From: Tubiluchus corallicola
Lineage: Eukaryota; Animalia; Priapulida
DNA length: 64,000 bases
Direction of reading: 5' to 3'
Assembly: GCA_030141605.1 (NCBI GenBank)
Contig: JAQGDQ010000002.1
Coordinates: 1,922,001-1,986,000 of the forward strand
How positions within the stretch are numbered: position 1 is the first letter of the stretch; each line of letters opens with the position of its first letter. The position numbers and the translations under genes are program-made. The notes below the pieces were generated by a model. It was not told the DNA's origin. It searched no databases and saw only the letters and a program-made list of their open reading frames with translations. Below, piece after piece: positions 13,561 through 26,703 of the stretch.

Positions 13561-16500
13561 GTTTTTTCCTTTTTTTTCGTGTGTTTATGCAAATGCGGTA
13601 CATGTAAGCAAATAATACGTTTTCTCTGAAATGCTAGGTTTGTATTTATTAGAATAGAATAGCAAGTATATTATTTCTTGATATAATTATTTTATAACAT
13701 TTCTATCAGTAATTTGACAAATGATTATGGACAGGACTACCTGAGTTTATTGCAAAGACAAAAGCATAAATTCCAAGTTAAATTTTTACATTATCTGGTA
13801 GCAGAAAATCCACGTGGTCCGTGTCTGCATGCAGGAGGCCTTCAAGCAACTATATAATTCCCCTCTTGCGAAATCAACATCTTTCTGCAACGACCTTGCA
13901 GGTTTAATTACCCAGTTCCTTTGTGGAAAGTGATCATGTTAAGACATGCAAGTGAACACACCATTTATACACCTACGCAAATGTTCCAGAAATATGGGAA
14001 GACTCACTCATACACACTGAGCACTCGACAAACTGTTTCCGCTTCCCTATTCAGGAATTTAACAAGTTTAATCTTTTGATTGTCTGGTATTTCGGTTGCA
14101 AAATGGCAACATGATGCAATCACTTGGTGAAGAAAAACTTGGAAGGAAATGCAGATAACAGTTTAATGACATGGAAAGAAATTCCATAAAAAGTCTTAAA
14201 AGAAACAAAATAGGTTTTTGTAGTTTATTCTATTATGTCAACAATGATTCAGGTTGACTCTGTTGGAATTGCAAATGAAATTGCAAATTCATTTTCAAGT
14301 CTGCAATACTTATACATGAATCAGTTATTATTCGTCTTCCAAATTATGTTTAATTTACATTCATTTTACCCCCTCAGTGGTCACTCAGCCCAAAGGTCTG
14401 CCAACCCTTTGTCTGTTGGAGCCAATCGCCCTTCTGCTCTCTAAGTCAATCAGTGTTAGATTGTCATTGAGCTATACTGTCAGTATTAGTGTTATAGAAT
14501 TTAGATTGACATTTTCTTGGAAACACTTTAAAAACAGCATTGTTCATGTTGAAGGACAAGCAAAGTGAGAAATTATAGGGCTTTGGGGCTAAAAAATGGT
14601 AAAATTCAAATAACAGAAAACTTTATTGAAGGCCTACTGTGGCTTGAGTGATTAATGGACCGGGGTCGATTGGCAGAGCAAATACAGCAATGGATGCGTT
14701 AGCGGCCCTGATAAGTTCGCTGCCACGCTTAGACAATCTTAACAATATATATATACAAAAGAGAGATTACTAGTTGGTCTGCGACAACGTCATCTGTCAT
14801 CTCTATCCTGAGCTGCTCAACTTCTGTGAAGTAGTTTAAAAACAAATTCTACTTTATAACCTGAAGAAAAGTAGTCCGTATCATAAGTGTTTATAATTAA
14901 TGCGAAAAGACCTTTGATTTTGTAAATTTTACCGTAGACCGGAAAAACGCACGCAGCAAGTAGCCTAATTATCTATTCTAGTGGGTTTTCTGTCTAACGC
15001 TTGCGGCCTTTCGCCAAAAAATGACATCATTTCCAAAACAGATGACATAATTTGATATAAATATTGTCCAGACTGTTGTCGTTTTGCTCTTGCACTCTCC
15101 CACTGGGCGCGACCCGAAACTTGAAGCATCGCTTAATCAAGAAAATAGCAGATAAAAATGTCCTTCTCCAATAATGCATTGAACTCGCTTATCCAGGGCG
15201 GATCCATGAAAGGATTCTTTCCGATTTCCTTATGAACGTAAAGTTACTTTTTCTTTTAACGATAAAAACTACGCAATAACACAAAGTGCAAACATGCCTG
15301 CGAATGTCTTTGTATTAATGAGAGTGATATCAAGTCTTCATTCTTGTTTTCCTAACTCTACACGCCTTCCCCATAAGTTTCAAAAATGTCACAGGAAAAC
15401 AAAAAATGTATGGTGCAGGGCGGAAATTACGGGAAAGAAATCAGCCACCACAGAAGATTACGTCGCGCGAATAATGTGCTGTCGTAATCACTCAGGTCGA
15501 CAACTTTATATTGATCGATTATGACTAGATATTATCAGCTGAGGAAATGCGAAGCCTAATTTAATTATAGGATGATTGATTATTGATGAAGCCATGCCAA
15601 TATTGTGACAAACAGAAGTTACTAGTAGAAACTAAGACAGTAGCTGTAAGCTGGATGTAGATTAGGGAACGCAACTACACACTTGTTGGAGCTCTAAACA
15701 AACCATTTAAGCACGTTATTTCGTGAGTTAAATAAAAATAAATAAATAATGCATTGCTATTGTAGGCCTGCTCATCTATGAATCTACAAAGTTCACACAG
15801 TACTACACAGCTTGAGAAACTTAATACTGTATTACAAATCCTTAAACTAACTATTTTGCCTTATAATTTTCACCTAACTCTAAACATTCATTTGTTTTTT
15901 TAGTTTCTTCAAGTTCAGATATATGTAGAAAATGTTTTACCCTTACAAGCTTCCCTTTTATTCTTACCGCAGAACAGTATATGTTCTCATAATTATATGT
16001 TACGTTTATGGCCTAATCGGTATTAGCTACATAAAAAAATTATGCAGTTGCATTGTGGTAATAGCAGTGGGGTGCTACATACACGCTTGTGCTAATTAAT
16101 ATAGTCTGTGGCCAGAGGAAAGCTTAAAAGATTGGTCTGACATTGTAAAGGGGCGTTGGACATTCATGCAAATGTGTATGCCCAGTGACTAATCAACCAA
16201 AAGTCAGATCATTTGCTTAAGGCAGTTTTCTCTTTGTCTTCCGTTATTATGTCCATTTTTTCTTGCCACCGCAGTGATGTGACCACAATTTAGTGTCCAG
16301 TGTTACAATCGTAAAAGCCAGTCTATAGGTTATAAAGGGAATTTATTAGAGACGCCGGAAATTCAAGAAGATTAAAGAACAATATTATTTTGCACTGATA
16401 TAAAGCTGCTTTAGTCTTTCAGGACAATGTAATAGCTGAACGTTAAGGGTGTACTTAACGCCTTAATTTAAGGGACGTTGGGCCTGTTTATAGTGGGTGG

Positions 16501-19500
16501 ATGACTTTCATTTAGCCTTTTTATCGCTTCTTTTGTCGAAAGTCCTCTTAGCATCTCTCATCATCGACTATAAAAAGCTAGTCGTTCTTAGCTATTTCTT
16601 ATTCTGTATGCAAATAGCTGTTCGTACATCTAGTTTTTTCTTCGAGACTCTTACTTGTGAAAATCTGAACCAGAAAATTGTTTATCTGTTAACCCCATTT
16701 AAATCATTAGCAGAACCTTCTATCACTGGTAAACTAGTTACACGAATTAAGTTTTTCTGACTTAACTTTACTTGTATATTCAGGCTTTATTTTGCTTACG
16801 GTGATTTTTATAATCTACAACTATGAAAATTAATTACAGCCTTCTTTAGATTTTAGCTTCGTTTTTTCTTTTGCCCCTTTTTGTACTTTATATTATTTTT
16901 ATTGGCTCTTACTGCCTCTTGTTGTAGATATTTTCAGAAGTCTGCTACTCAGATGATACATGCGCTAATCACGCAACCTGTAGCAGAGTCTATTAAAGTA
17001 CTCAAGCGTCTGAAACTTTTAAAATTCTTAAATTATGTTCGTAAACTGACGAGAGGCAAATCATTAGGACAAGCGAAGTTAGTTAGGGCAAAAAAACTAA
17101 AGCGTGCCCCCATTTATTATATATTACACACGTTTTTGAGAGCGCTTAGTACTTGTTATACTGAAAATTGCTCCACATTATTTTTATTTTATCAACCAGA
17201 AACATCACAACATACTATCTGTCAACGTATGCATTGTCTTCGCACGTAACTGAATGTGTGTCACTCAAGCAGGTGAAACGTGAATCTGTTAATTCACTCA
17301 GGTGGAAATCCCGTGATTAGAACTTCTGCTGTCACTCAGGTGTGATATCTATTGACACATTCTTATTTATACCTGAGGAAGCCATGATCTGTGTTACGAG
17401 TTGACCCATAAATTGCGTAATTGATATTTGGCTATTGTTTTGCTTGACTGAGAACACTTGCTGTTTAGATGAATGTAGGACACGGAAGGCAATCTAGAAG
17501 CTGGCTTAACAATAATTGGTATAGGATTGACTGATTTTGTAATACAAATAGCGTTCAGCTTCGGATATTCGGTGTACATCAGTGCCTCCAGTTATTCAAC
17601 GAAACAGGAAGTATTGTCCAGACAATATATCCAGTCCTGATAGATATTGTTCATGATGAGAATGTTTCTATAAGTAGTGTAGAATAAGGCAGCGACTGCA
17701 TTAGTAGTGTTTTTACGCGATTTATGTAACGCAATTTTGTATAATTTAAGGGAGGTAAGTTACTGTAGTTGCTCCAGTATCGCTCCAAATTATTGTACAA
17801 TTAGCTTACCAAATATTATCAAAAACTTCATTATTGAATTCGAGGTTTATACCTAACAGCAAAGTCAAAGTAGGCAAACTTTCAGACATCTAACCTCGGA
17901 CATTGAACTTATTTGTTGACTTGTTAACTCATAGTACATTATAGTCAAATAAAACGAAAATTTTTTAATGTGGCTTACAGTTCTTACTCAGTTTATTAAG
18001 CAGTGTTATTTTTTGGTAAAAAAGTGTGTACTTGCGTGTGACTGTATTTATTTTTATCTCGTGGCCTACAGCGAAATGGCAACAGTTGTGTAATGTGTAT
18101 CTCAATAAGTACAAATGTATTACGTCTGGAATATTCAGTTACTGTTCTGCAAATTACGTCCACAAACTGAAGCAAAATATATAGCCTACGTAAACCTAAT
18201 ACGCGCAGATTAAGCAGAATTTACTTTCCTTGCAAGGATGATGACCCGGCTTGGCATGTTATGACAACTGTTCTAGAAACACGTGTTATCTTCATTCGCT
18301 AGTGCTTTGTAATCAAGCAAAAACCGACTTCCAATTTATACAAAATATTTTCGATTTACACCAACTTGTCGCAAAACGTTTGTTTACATAACAGAGCCTC
18401 GGTTCACAAATTGTGCAAAAACTCGCTCCTAATGGATGCAATCAGGATCTGTTACAAAGAAAAACAAGTGGCACACATTTGTCTCCATATTCAGAGATGA
18501 AAACTTGCTTCTAAGATGCACCACGCCGCATACCATAGTAGCATGTAATAATTCCGAAATGTGTGCCAAACCGACAAGGAATGTATCTGCGGCATTTCAA
18601 GCGTGCAGTGAAATACCCAGTTTTTTAAAGCTTCCACATTGATTCAAGGCATGTGTTCCCTGCGTTAGGAGACAATAAATTCACTTTTATGGGCGACTTA
18701 ATAGACAACATTAGAAAGTCGTGTAAGTTAAGCAAGAAAGAACACGAACTTATACGAACTGTTTACGAACATGTCTTTATCAGGTACGGAAGAAAAAAAT
18801 TAATTAGAAAAATGGGCAGTAAGATCTGAGATGCGATTAAAAGTCATTGAAGGTTATTATATGCACTTTTCTTAAGCGAACCAAAATAATACCAATAAAC
18901 ATTTAATTTTTTATGCGAAAAAGTACAGACTTTGCGACCGTAAAACGGGTATTTTTTATAGTAGGCCTGTATGATGCTATGAAGACGCGTAAGTAGAGAA
19001 GAATATAGACCAGTGAAAAACAGGAAAACAGTAAAATATTTTTTTTAATTTGAGTCATATTACATATATTAAATAAACCAACCTACGTAGTGTTACAAAA
19101 CCTGTGCCTTTTCGCAATAATAATCTCTGTATACTGTACAACAATTGTCATAAAACAATTAAATTAAAAAAATATTACTTATAATATAATTTTAGTATTG
19201 GTCAAAATAAGCCTTTGCAGTAAGATATATAAAAGCGGCTACTTATCAATAAATGTTTTCACTGAACCGTAAAAAAGGTGATTACAACTTTTTTTTCTTT
19301 AATTAGTCCCAATCAAGCACATCAAAGGCGCCGCCAGAATTACTCTGGCCGCAAGCTTATCATGAGCAAATACACAAACAATTCTCAACAAAAGTGAGAG
19401 GTATGAATCCTCACACAAAATCTATTCATAGATTCAGGCATGATACCTTTTCAATTCTGCAATTATCCTAATTTATCCCGCCGCAAGCTGCAGCGTCTAT

Positions 19501-19780
19501 GGTGCCGACACTGCACCTAACGGTGCCTAAAAATGCGTGTTCTCATGAATAACACTTAATGAGTAATACAAGATTTTTTTGAACACATTAAATTTTTTAC
19601 CAGAATCTTTTACCATTATACGTGTGTGAACAGAAAATAAATTGCGAGACTACTAAATTGCCAGGAGTAAGCAACAGAACATGTGCGGATTGGCGGTTGC
19701 TTATTTTAAAATTGTATAAAAACCTATATTATATATAATATTATATTGTATATACAAATATATAATTGTATAATTTTTTT

Positions 19781-20077
19781 ATATAAACAGCTTCCTTCAT
19801 TGTTAGTTGACTTTCGTGGAAGATCGTGCTCTGAACTGTCAAAAATCGCAACATCCCTGCCTCTCATCCTGCCTAACTTCTTGAACATGTTGGGCAAGCT
19901 CAGTTGACTCTCCTGGTCTACTTTTTGGTCGAGGTACTCGTTGCTGGTTTTCTTGTTCTTGTTGTTGGTTGGAGTACGAAACTCCCCTTTTATCCTTTAT
20001 CCACAAATGTATTTAGAATCCAATAACTCCTGATTTAAACCCTCTTCCGTATGATACAATATCGCTTGGTCCCAAGC
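19781..20077 (-). mobile_element. Decayed Penelope-like GIY-YIG endonuclease fragment
   Basis: Frameshifted minus-strand peptides KSGVI / KYICG / TELAQHV / DVAIFD / LTMKEAVYI occur in the order expected for the Penelope GIY-YIG domain (xVVYxxxC...SxLAxH...ILD...KEAxYI). Confidence 0.5.
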
Positions 20078-20078
20078 C

Positions 20079-20335
20079 GTGATATATGTTGGTCATATTT
20101 GCATATCTTCAAGTAAACATATTGCAAATTCTTTAATTAAACTAGAATAGCTATCTTTTGCGTGTCAATAAAAATATGCTTTAAGAAATACCAGCATTTT
20201 ACTATTTATTGCAAACCAAATTAGCGCATATTTCAATACAACCGTAGTGAAAATCAGAGTTTTTACCAAATGTCATCAAGCCTTGAGAGGCCTTAGTCTG
20301 TAACCTATAGTAGCTTACAGGATAATCCGGCCCTG
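20079..20335. mobile_element. Left-truncated second copy of the same hAT MITE
   Basis: Colinear with about 26430-26703 (e.g. AGAATAGCTATCTTTTG, TTTTACTATTTATTGCAAACCAAA, CAACCGTAGT) and ends in TAATCCGGCCCTG. Confidence 0.85.
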
Positions 20336-22907
20336 AACCGTGTATATCTAAGCTTTGCCAGTTTCCTCGAATTTCTTTAACTGCATGGGATTTCTGACAA
20401 ATATCATCTAGCGTGTAATCAATTTATTACAAAAGCCCCACCGAGACTTCATTCCTAATCTAGCGCTTTATTGTGCTGATTATTTCATCACATTTCCCAT
20501 CTCAATCGTTTCTTTCCTTTCAGTACCTCAGGTGAATTCCCTATTATTGGGACATGCCCTTTATGTTGGCTGGGCTTTCAGGAAAGGTCCCGATTATTAT
20601 GTTTCTTTCATCCTTCTTGAAGCTTTTACGGATGAGGTTTTTATGTTAAAACGTGATGAAAGCATCTTTTCTCAGCTTCCATAACAATATAATTTACCAG
20701 GATTCGCTTATTATAAGACGCTAATTCTATCCCCTCTTCCTCTCCTCCCTGTTTCATCCTGTTGAGCGTTAACGCTGTCTTTGTCGAGCGTTAACTGGCT
20801 TAAGTCAACTATTCTAATCGGATTTTTTTGCCTAATTATTGTGTATTTTCCACTTACGTTAACTCTTTCTTATTATAAATACTTTTCCCGCCTTTCTAAT
20901 TTTTCCTCTTTTCTTTTTTTCGTATTCCTTTTTCGTCAAGGACCAACCTCCAAGACGAGTCATTATTTAGCTTAATCTACTTAATAGTTTTCGACAACAC
21001 TTGTTAATCCTCGTTGGCTTGCCATTATTTTGTAAGGGGACAAGAACGAAAACATAATGGAGGCCAAAACAAACAACAATAGAGGTTGCCAAAAATATCA
21101 GCATGGAGAAGCAGTTTAATTCGCTCTTGTTTCGTTGGCAATTGTTGCCGGACCGCCTCTAATTTCCTTTCCCATTTTTATGCTGTTCGTTCTTTGATTC
21201 AAAGGCTACGAGCCTTTTAAAAAAAGGTTACAGACTGCAGTTTAATAAGGCTATTGCTTACTTAACAATAACAAATTGCAGCACCAATTTTTCTTCATTT
21301 CTTTTCCTCTTTCTCTTTTTCTTGCATTACTTCACCTTAGGCTTTTTTCTTTTTCCGATTGTTTTTTATTTTCTTAACTGTTGCCAGTGTTGTTGCGACC
21401 TACACCAATCACTACACTATGATTCTCTTTATTCAGTCGTCACTCAAAGCAGCGATCTCTTTTGCAGTTCTTCCCTATCGCTCAGAGAGACTTTCCATCT
21501 CCTCTAGGAATTGAAACTGTTCACAGAATCTGCACAACTCACCCGGGGAGGCTTTCAAAATAAACAAGCGTGACTCGCATAATGCACCGTGATTTATGAG
21601 CATGATTAAGTTTCCAGACAAGTGGTTTTACTATTATATTTTTATAAGGTTCCGAACAGACTAAGCTGGTTTCCACAAGAGCTGATGACATTGCATTTAT
21701 CCCGAGAATCAGCTGTTATTGCGCCGCATGAGTTGTGCGAAGGCAGAAGACAACAGGTCAAATACTGTAACTACAAGTATTACTAACAGCACCAAGTAAA
21801 AAACATGGTTGATGTTAAATGTGATTACAACAAGACAACTTTTGCCAAAAGCCACCCGCTAAAAACACCAACAAAGAATTATGACAATTGTCAAGTTCAG
21901 ACAAAAATAATACACTGTACAAAAATGCACTGTAACAATAACTTGGACTATTTCTCTTTAGTGCAGAAGTTCACTTTGTAATTGACTGTACCACATTAAA
22001 AGCTACAATCTGCAGATTGACGCACGATAAAGATACGGAAAGTATACGAAAAAATACCATGATTTCGTACCGTGCTTTTAAGGGTTTTTTTTCGTACCGT
22101 ACCGTTCAGTACTGACAGCCTTGTCTGCAAACGAGACAGTTAAGTGCAGAATCATCTTAGATATATAAAAGTAATAACGTGGCTGTTGTTTCATGGACTG
22201 TAATATAAAAAAATTATGTAAAATATTTTCATAATAAATACTCGTTTAAGCCAATAACTATGTCTCTGTTTGTATTTAGCTTTTTTTTCAAAATGTACAC
22301 CTTGCAGAGAACAAATAGTTTGGTGTAGGTTTTCAATCTATAGTAATATGTAACGTAACTCATTGCTATTTGCAGCTAGTTATTTTAATATTTCAGCCAA
22401 AGTGTTAATATATTTTTAATTTGCTTCAGGGTCTTCTGAGACTGAACCGCTTGTAATAAGGTTGTAAATAATCAACTGTCAAATGTACGTAATTCTGAGA
22501 AGCTTAACCTATGATTTATTGTTATTTCACTTTTCCCCGATTTTGGGTTACCTATGATTTTTAATTTAGCGATTGCAAATGAAATGAAATAGCAAAACCG
22601 CACTGTTCACATACATAAGATTCAAACATCAACAACCTGTAAAATAAATAATTGAAATATAAATAAATAAGCAAAAACAAAATAAATTGTAACAATTAAA
22701 ATGCAATCTAACAAGAGACGTATTATGATTATAAAAATAACTGACTATAGGTAAGCGGTAATTAAGCTAAATAAACAGGTTTTGATGCTGCCTGCATAAC
22801 ATTTTATTAGTAGGCTTGGTTATGTTGACAAAGACAAATTGGTGACTATTTAACCAACCCTGGACGGAAATGTAAGTTTTTCAGTAAATGAGTCGCGCAC
22901 ACGTGTT

Positions 22908-23183
22908 TAATTTTAGTTAAAAAATGAACTGGTCAGTTCATAATTACACTGTATTACTGATTTTGGCTCAGAAAGGAAATTTGTATACGCAAATTACTGT
23001 CAAGGATTTTGTATTTTCGCGTTTTTGAGCAATAATTGATGCTTATAATTTTAGTTAATAAATGAACTGGGCACTTCATAATTACGTTGTATTACTGATT
23101 TTGGCTCAGAAAGGAAGTTTGTATACGCAAATTACTGTCAAGGAATTTGTATTTTCTCATTTTTGAGCAATAATTGATGCTTA
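22908..23183. repeat. 138-bp tandem duplication
   Basis: Copies start at 22908 and 23046 (TAATTTTAGTTAA..GGCTCAGAAAGGAA..TTGATGCTTA), highly similar. Confidence 0.92.
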
Positions 23184-24754
23184 TGTTTATGATGGTTCCT
23201 GCTGAAGTATATTAGACCTCTCTGGAATTTCTCTGAAAAAAAACGAGATACAATCTCACGAATACTAAAGATGTCCTTACGGCAATAAGATATCACGAAA
23301 GCTGATGTACGCGAATTTTCCACATATTTCGCCTGGAAAATAGCGCAGTATTGAACCGTAAAATTTTAGTTCAGCTATCAAAGTGGGACGATTATCTAAA
23401 GAAACGTAAAAAAAACTAGACCTTCTTATGCACTACCTTCTGCGTGCAATCAGTGCAGAATTAATTAACTTGTTTTTTAATAACATATCTGTCCGGAAAA
23501 ATTTACTTATTGTTTTTAACTAAATCTGTTTATTTTTATTTATTTTACCTCGACTTTTTATGCAGTACTCTTATGTAAAAGCTTTAAAGCTTAATATTTT
23601 TTATTTACTAATTAAAATTTCGATAAAAATTATTTTATTTAATGTAAGTACGTATATGATAAGATTGGGATGTACAGTCTTATTCACGTGAATGGCTCGT
23701 GAGACGTGGCTGCCTGAGTTCGACACGCACTGTTGGAAATTTCACTCATTATAATGATTGTAGCTGGTGTATATCATCCGAACGTAGCTGATGCTTCTGC
23801 CTGATCAGTGACTCATGTTAGAGTGTTATTCAGGTAATAAGACAAATTCCGGTCTTGCCACAAATATAGTTGTTGACTGAACCATGCCGTTGAATGCTGG
23901 ATTCCGGCTTGCAATATCCCGAATTTCGTAAACGACAAAACAGAAGAATTTGGTAAACGAACCGACTCATAAATCGCCGAGAGTGCTCGTAAAAATCTGC
24001 ATGTCTTACAGGAATGATCGATATTTAGCTTTCTTAAGTTGGTATAAAATTGTCGAATTGTCGACATCTCAGAACTACTATTTGTTGTCATTTTAAGAAA
24101 GTCTATTGAAAAGCCGCACTAACAAAAGAGTATACTTTACTCGAATGATGTGTGCAGTGTGCAATTTTGATGTTCTGATAATGCATGGACAAACAAATAA
24201 GTTGTATTTCGAAAAAGACATCGCAATTTAAAAAAAGAAAACTTTTTTGTTACATAATAGAACATCACAATTTCATGATAAATTCACTATTTCTGCAGTT
24301 CTACTAGGGAACTGAGAAGAATTGGTGAGTAAAAACTGGTTATACAACACATAAAGACATTTTGTTTAGTTAAACCTAAAATGGATTATGGCTGCTTACG
24401 ACCGAAATATCTAGAGTCGTAACCGTAATGAGTACTGATTTCGCAAAATTACGTTACGATATGTTGAAGTTCTTAAGTATACACATAATAAGCCTAACGA
24501 ACGCGGATTTTTGGTCAGATTTTAAGCACTTCGCCAATTTTAGACGCAAACTGTTTTTTGTAGTAGAAACAATAGCTGTGTTATATTCAACTCATTTCTC
24601 ACCTGGTATATTGGTTAGCAGTTAGCAATTGAAATTGTGACATGTGTAAATGTTTATGCTAGTTAGCTCAAATTCACTCTTTTATCACTGTATCAGATAC
24701 ATGTATGTATACATTTCTTCGTTATGAGCGTCTGTGAAACGTGTATATAATATA

Positions 24755-25160
24755 CTTGTATGTCATCTATTATTTGTGCAACTCTGTATCCGTGAATGAA
24801 CATTTTCTGTCTAACATAATATCCGTATTTTACAAACGAAGTTGTAATTGTTATTTGTGCTAATGATGTATGTAAGTCACCTCTGTTAAATTTAAATTAT
24901 TGCTTAATTGATCGTCTCATGTGTCTGTTTAAAGTGTCTGTCAATCTATTTTCCATGTAACTCTGTATGTATGTGATGAAATTTCCGTTTAATTGAGTAT
25001 TCAAACTTTTATAACTGAAATTGTAATTGTTATCTGTGCTAATGTTGTATGTCACTCAGGTCTCTTAATTCCAAATTATTACATAGTGTGTCTGTGTAAC
25101 ATGTCAGTGTCAATCTGTTATTTGCGTAAATTTGTGCATATTTGTGAACGTGAAAACTGC
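24755..25160. repeat. Old, about 179-bp tandem duplication, possibly within a LINE 3'UTR
   Basis: TTGTAATTGTTATYTGTGCTAATG at 24842 and 25021, TGTCAATCT recurring; followed by (AAAT)n and a microsatellite. Confidence 0.6.
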
Positions 25161-25260
25161 TAATATATTTGCAAGTAGCTATATTTTAAAACAAATCCAG
25201 CATAGAGGGACACTTGCTTGTATATATTTGTTTTTCAATAAATAAATAAACAAATAAATA

Positions 25261-25532
<272 letters not shown>

Positions 25533-26319
25533 TGAATCCAGTAGACATGTGCGCATGCTCGGATGCCTTACAGGCATCAAGTGAATACAGAGGGTTGAAA
25601 TTCAATAATGTCAAATCACTTTATTATAAAACAAGCTTACATTTTAAAATCGGATTATTTCTTGTAGATAAGCTTATAAACTTGTTCCCTGCGCGAGTAT
25701 TTACTGTTGCAATAGTCATCATTTGTATTCCATGCCACACGATGGTATGCAAATTTACTAACAGTGTTACAGCTTGTGTCTGAATTAAGTAAGCGAATAT
25801 CTCGTTACGTAGCCGGTTAACGACAACTTTTTGTAATTCTCAAGAGAATAAAAGAAGCTTAGTAAAACCCGTTCAGACTTTAGCTTCTTCCGATTTTGTA
25901 AAACCTCAGAAATTGAAAACTCTCACATAACTTGGAAATCTCAGCAATGTTATTCACAAACAACTCAGGCGACGATGACAACTACTACGTGACAAGAACA
26001 GAAACCGTAACAACAGCAACAAGATGATGACAGAGACAACGACAATGGTAACGATAATGATAAAAAACATTTTTCTGTAAATTGCTTCTCGTCTTTATCT
26101 GCGTATTAAAACAAAGTTTGAAAAACCTACCGTAAACGTAACTTTCCATTCAATTCTTGCTGACGCAAAGTGTATTACACCATTTGGTCCCAAGAAATGA
26201 GAAGTACGATTACAACCTAGCTCTTTATATGCTAAGGTTCAAATTATAGCTTACATGCTTCATTAAAATATAAATAGTTGAACATAGTGCATCCACATTG
26301 TACTGAATATGCATGTATA

Positions 26320-26703
26320 CAGGGCCGGATTATGACATTTTGGGGCCCTAGACTAATGAAATTGTGGGGTCCCCTTTAGGTGGAGCCACCCTCTAATTCA
26401 TCCGCACCCGTATTGAACATTTTTTCACTGGTGATATAGTTTAGCCACATTTACATAGCTTGAAGTAAACTTAATGCAGATTCTTCAAATAAATTAGAAT
26501 AGCTATCTTTTGTTTGTCAATAAAAATATTCTTTAAGAATAACCAGTATTTTACTATTTATTGCAAACCAAACTACCTCATACTTCAGCACAACCGTAGT
26601 CAAAAAACAGATTTTTTTACCAAATGTTACCAAAGTTTGAGGGCAATAGCTTGATGGGCCCTAGGCTGCAGCTTATATTAACCTATAGGCTAATCCGGTC
26701 CTG
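26320..26703. mobile_element. Non-autonomous hAT-type DNA transposon (MITE), 384 bp, complete
   Basis: TIRs CAGGGCCGGATTA ... TAATCCGGTCCTG (1 mismatch); perfect 8-bp TSD CATGTATA at 26312-26319 and 26704-26711. Confidence 0.9.

Noticed and set aside
19326-19529. Possible MITE with AGGCGCCGCCAG / CTAACGGTGCCT ends
   Set aside because: Ends too degenerate and no TSD; cannot be supported without other copies
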